Below, in pieces: positions 13,959-16,319 of a DNA stretch of 16,319 nucleotides. The notes beneath the pieces were generated by a model that worked only from the letters and a program-made list of their open reading frames with translations, did not search any database and was not told the origin of the DNA. The DNA comes from a virus. The DNA is taken from positions 1 through 16,319 of IMG/VR virus record IMGVR_UViG_3300034069_000848. One strand, 5' to 3'. Made by a program: the position numbers and the translations under genes. How positions within the stretch are numbered: the stretch's first letter is position 1; every line of letters starts with the position of its first letter.

Positions 13959-14611
13959 GTCGGGATGTGCAGCCGCTGCCCGACGTAGATCCGGTTCGCG
14001 TTCACGATGCGGAAGTCTGCGGCCCGCCGCGCGGATCCGGCGGGATTGGCGCGCAGGATCGCGGCGCGTGTCGTGCGGTGCCGGCGGGCGAGACCGTCGA
14101 CGGTGTCGCCCTTGACGACGGTAATCGTGCCGCTCGAGCTCGCCGCTGCGGGCTTCACCGTGGGCGCTGCGGGCCGCGTCGGCGCCGCGGTCTCGGTCGG
14201 CGGGATGAAGTACCCCTGCAGCACGCTGAGGCTGTTGGTTCCGCCGGACTGCGGCTGGTGCGCCACGAGCCCCGACGGGGTGCCGGCGCCGATCCCCCGC
14301 CAGCGATCGCCGTCGTGCTGGTCGACGACGCACACGTGCCGGTTCGTGCCGTCGCCGCCGAGCACCGACGGCTTCCAGTCGGCGTAGAACCCGACCCGGA
14401 TCCCGCCCGTGCCCTCGTGGTAGGACCAGCCCTTGTAGCCGGCCCTGGCGCGCCGCTCAGCCTCCGAGACGCTGTCGGTGTCGAGGTCCTCGAGCCCGAG
14501 CTCGTTCGGCCAGGCGCGCATCCCGAGCTTGACGCAGGTGTTCACCGGCGCGCGATCGCCGAGGTGCGACGCGGCGACCTCGGCGTGCCGGACGTAGGGG
14601 ACATGAGTCAC
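13955..14611 (-). CDS. Endolysin: N-terminal Cys/His (papain-like?) catalytic domain plus a C-terminal LysM domain (218 aa)
   Basis: The GTG at 14611 (V82 of the track ORF) forms a GTGA overlap with the upstream stop and has GGAAGGAAG upstream. The C-terminus ITVVKGDTVDGLARRHRTTRAAILRANP...IYVGQRLHIP matches LysM. The N-terminal part has NTCVK ... NRHVCVV, candidate catalytic Cys and His residues. Confidence 0.72.
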   Translation of the reverse strand: MTHVPYVRHAEVAASHLGDRAPVNTCVKLGMRAWPNELGLEDLDTDSVSEAERRARAGYKGWSYHEGTGGIRVGFYADWKPSVLGGDGTNRHVCVVDQHDGDRWRGIGAGTPSGLVAHQPQSGGTNSLSVLQGYFIPPTETAAPTRPAAPTVKPAAASSSGTITVVKGDTVDGLARRHRTTRAAILRANPAGSARRAADFRIVNANRIYVGQRLHIPT

Positions 14612-14910
14612 AGGGGGCTTCCTTCCGTTCGTGCCGGCGAGCTCGCCGGCGTGTTCTGCATGACGTACTCGACGAGGCGCCGCATCGCTTCCTTGATCTG
14701 CTCGAGCTCCTCGCGGTGCCGGGTCTGCCGGTCGTCGAGCTTGCGCAGCGCCTCGAGCAGGGTCTGCTCGAGCTCGGGCGGCAGCTGCGCGACCCCGACG
14801 TCGACGCGGCCCTGCTCGAGGTCGCTCAGGCGGCGCAGCACCTGCAGCCCCCAAGTGTGCGTGAGCACGATCGCGATCGGCTCCTCAGCCGGCTCGACAG
14901 CCTCGGTCAT
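14608..14910 (-). CDS. Hypothetical protein (100 aa) between the tail and lysis genes
   Basis: The ATG is preceded by GGGGGACAGG. GC3 is high, and the central region is helical and Glu/Leu-rich. Confidence 0.65.
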   Translation of the reverse strand: MTEAVEPAEEPIAIVLTHTWGLQVLRRLSDLEQGRVDVGVAQLPPELEQTLLEALRKLDDRQTRHREELEQIKEAMRRLVEYVMQNTPASSPARTEGSPL

Positions 14911-14919
14911 CCTGTCCCC

Positions 14920-15969
14920 CTACTCGGTCACGGCGAGCACGGCCTGCATGGTGCCCTCCGGGAAGGTAAACGCGACCGACTCGAGCGTGCCGCTGAAACT
15001 CTGACCCCGATAGGTCGCGGTCGCCGGCTGGTTCGGCCGGCAGGCCAGATCGGCGATCGCGGTCAGCTGCAGCCGGCGCCCGGCGCGCTGCGCGTTCGTG
15101 CGGACCTTGGTCGCCGCGTTGCCGCCGCTGACGGGCTTCCGCCGTGCTCGAGCGAGCACGATCGCCTTCCGCGGCTCGATCCCGGCGGAGCTCGACACGT
15201 ACTCAGTGGTCGTGCTGTTCGGGGCGGTGTAGCCGATCACGGCGTAATTCCCCCAGCTGGCATCGTCGCGCGACACCGAGTCGACGACGTTGATCAGGTT
15301 CGTCGACTCGGTGAACACCCGCTGCGTGGTGTCCTGCGCGTACCCCGGCAGGGCAGCGCGCAGCACCCCGGTCTCGTCGCCGTACAGCCACACCCCGGCC
15401 AGCTCCGCCAGCTGTGACGCGTAGTCGAACGCGCTCACACCCGGCGCCCAGTAGTCGTCCTGATCCTGCGCCGTCGGGATGTTGCCGCGCTGGTTGATCA
15501 GCACGCGCGGTGCGTCCGCGGTCTCAAAGTACCGGGTGCCTTTCACGTAGCCGGCGCGCGACGTCGCCTCATCCATCCCGCCACTGGTGTCGGGGTAACC
15601 GCCGGTGCCGGTGCCGGACTGCGCCCAGTCCTGCAGCAGCGCCTCGTCGGAGGCCGCGGTCGCCGCGACGGCGCCGGCGACCCAGTCGACGTCCCGGCTG
15701 CGGTAGGCGAGGTCGAACGGCTTGCTGAACGCGTTGCCGGCGAGGTCGTCCTGCTGCAGCTGGAAGCGGGCCCGGAACCCCGTGCGCGGGTCGATCGCGG
15801 CGACCGCGGCCGGATCCGGGGCGACCAGCTGCAGCTGGGTCTGCACGTGCGGCGCCCAGGTGCGGTCGAACGCGATCACGAGCCGCTCGACGCCGATCGG
15901 GGTCGATGCGGATCCGTCGAGCCGGCACAGCTGCGGGTTCAGCAGCCCGAACGTGCGAACGGTCGCCAC
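14920..15969 (-). CDS. Minor tail protein (349 aa)
   Basis: The GTG at 15969 (V56 of track ORF 14920..16134) shares one base with the upstream TAG. The first 55 residues of the track ORF are Arg-rich and overlap the previous gene. It is the second gene after the TMP. Confidence 0.7.
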   Translation of the reverse strand: MATVRTFGLLNPQLCRLDGSASTPIGVERLVIAFDRTWAPHVQTQLQLVAPDPAAVAAIDPRTGFRARFQLQQDDLAGNAFSKPFDLAYRSRDVDWVAGAVAATAASDEALLQDWAQSGTGTGGYPDTSGGMDEATSRAGYVKGTRYFETADAPRVLINQRGNIPTAQDQDDYWAPGVSAFDYASQLAELAGVWLYGDETGVLRAALPGYAQDTTQRVFTESTNLINVVDSVSRDDASWGNYAVIGYTAPNSTTTEYVSSSAGIEPRKAIVLARARRKPVSGGNAATKVRTNAQRAGRRLQLTAIADLACRPNQPATATYRGQSFSGTLESVAFTFPEGTMQAVLAVTE

Positions 15970-16319
15970 TAGCCGAGCTCCGAGAACGGCACCTCGACGG
16001 TCCAGAACGATCGCGTGTCGTCCTGGTAGACCTGCACCGCCTGCCCGCCCGTGACGGCGTAGGTCATCCCGAGCTCGGGGTTCTCGTCGTCGTCGAAGCG
16101 CCAGCTGCCGACCCCGCGGTGCTTCTCGGCGCAAGCGACCGCGGCCGCGCGGGTCTCGAACAGCAGCTTGAGCGTCCCGGACCTGCGGGTGCCCTGCATC
16201 AGCGTCGCGGCGCCGCTGCCGTCCATCAGGGTGTGGATCGTGTTCCGCCCGAGCTGCTGGTACTGGTAGCGGTCGGCGAGCTGCTCGGGGTAGATAAGCG
16301 TCGACGGATCCGGGTGATA
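15969..16319 (-). CDS. Minor tail protein, 3' portion (last 116 codons plus stop) of the junction-spanning 334-aa gene; same gene as 1..795
   Basis: The frame is open from the window end. Position 16319 corresponds to 141, and both are first bases of minus-strand codons. The sequence ends ...GTLKLLFETRAAAVACAEKHRGVGSWRFDDDENPELGMTYAVTGGQAVQVYQDDTRSFWTVEVPFSELG. Confidence 0.75.
   Translation of the reverse strand, partial: YHPDPSTLIYPEQLADRYQYQQLGRNTIHTLMDGSGAATLMQGTRRSGTLKLLFETRAAAVACAEKHRGVGSWRFDDDENPELGMTYAVTGGQAVQVYQDDTRSFWTVEVPFSELG
16179..16319. repeat. Terminal overlap, copy 2 (identical to 1..141)
   Basis: See copy 1. Confidence 0.95.

Noticed and set aside
15970-16134. N-terminal extensions of the track ORFs. 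This one belongs to the 404-aa ORF; the others are 14612..14854, 13959..14333, 10455..10826, 3242..3397 and 3651..3935.
   Set aside because: The extended parts overlap the preceding gene, are Arg/Pro-rich, and end exactly where an ATG or GTG start-stop overlap with the upstream gene occurs. The internal starts were chosen instead.
16179-16319. The 141-bp repeat as a biological direct terminal repeat or mobile-element end
   Set aside because: Its length equals a common assembler maximum k (141). It lies in the middle of a coding sequence that is continuous across the junction, and there are no flanking target duplications or a transposase.

Overview
The window is one complete, circularly closed genome of a very small tailed phage. 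The unit length is 16,178 bp, and bases 1-141 recur exactly at 16179-16319. GC content is about 70 percent, which suggests a Gram-positive, probably actinobacterial, host. Every convincing gene is on the minus strand: 29 CDS, most joined by ATGA/GTGA/TGATG start-stop overlaps. Reading the minus strand, the packaging and head genes run: HNH endonuclease, small ORFs, large terminase, two small ORFs, portal, then a prohead protease fused to an HK97-like major capsid protein. The neck and tail genes follow: head-tail adaptor, connector, major tail protein, gp10-like protein, tape measure, and two minor tail proteins. The first minor tail protein spans the contig junction and carries a low-GC CBM-like module. 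After these come a 100-aa ORF, a LysM endolysin and a holin-like membrane protein. The remaining 'early' block holds small, often Cys/His-rich proteins, a winged-HTH initiator-like protein with iteron-like repeats inside its own gene, and an XRE-type regulator. I see no integrase, polymerase, recognisable small terminase, separate scaffold or protease, tRNA or CRISPR. Long plus-strand ORFs are antisense shadows. The overall layout recalls the ~17-kb Microbacterium cluster EE siphoviruses, but that is from memory and needs BLAST. All function calls rest on motif recognition by eye, not on database searches.
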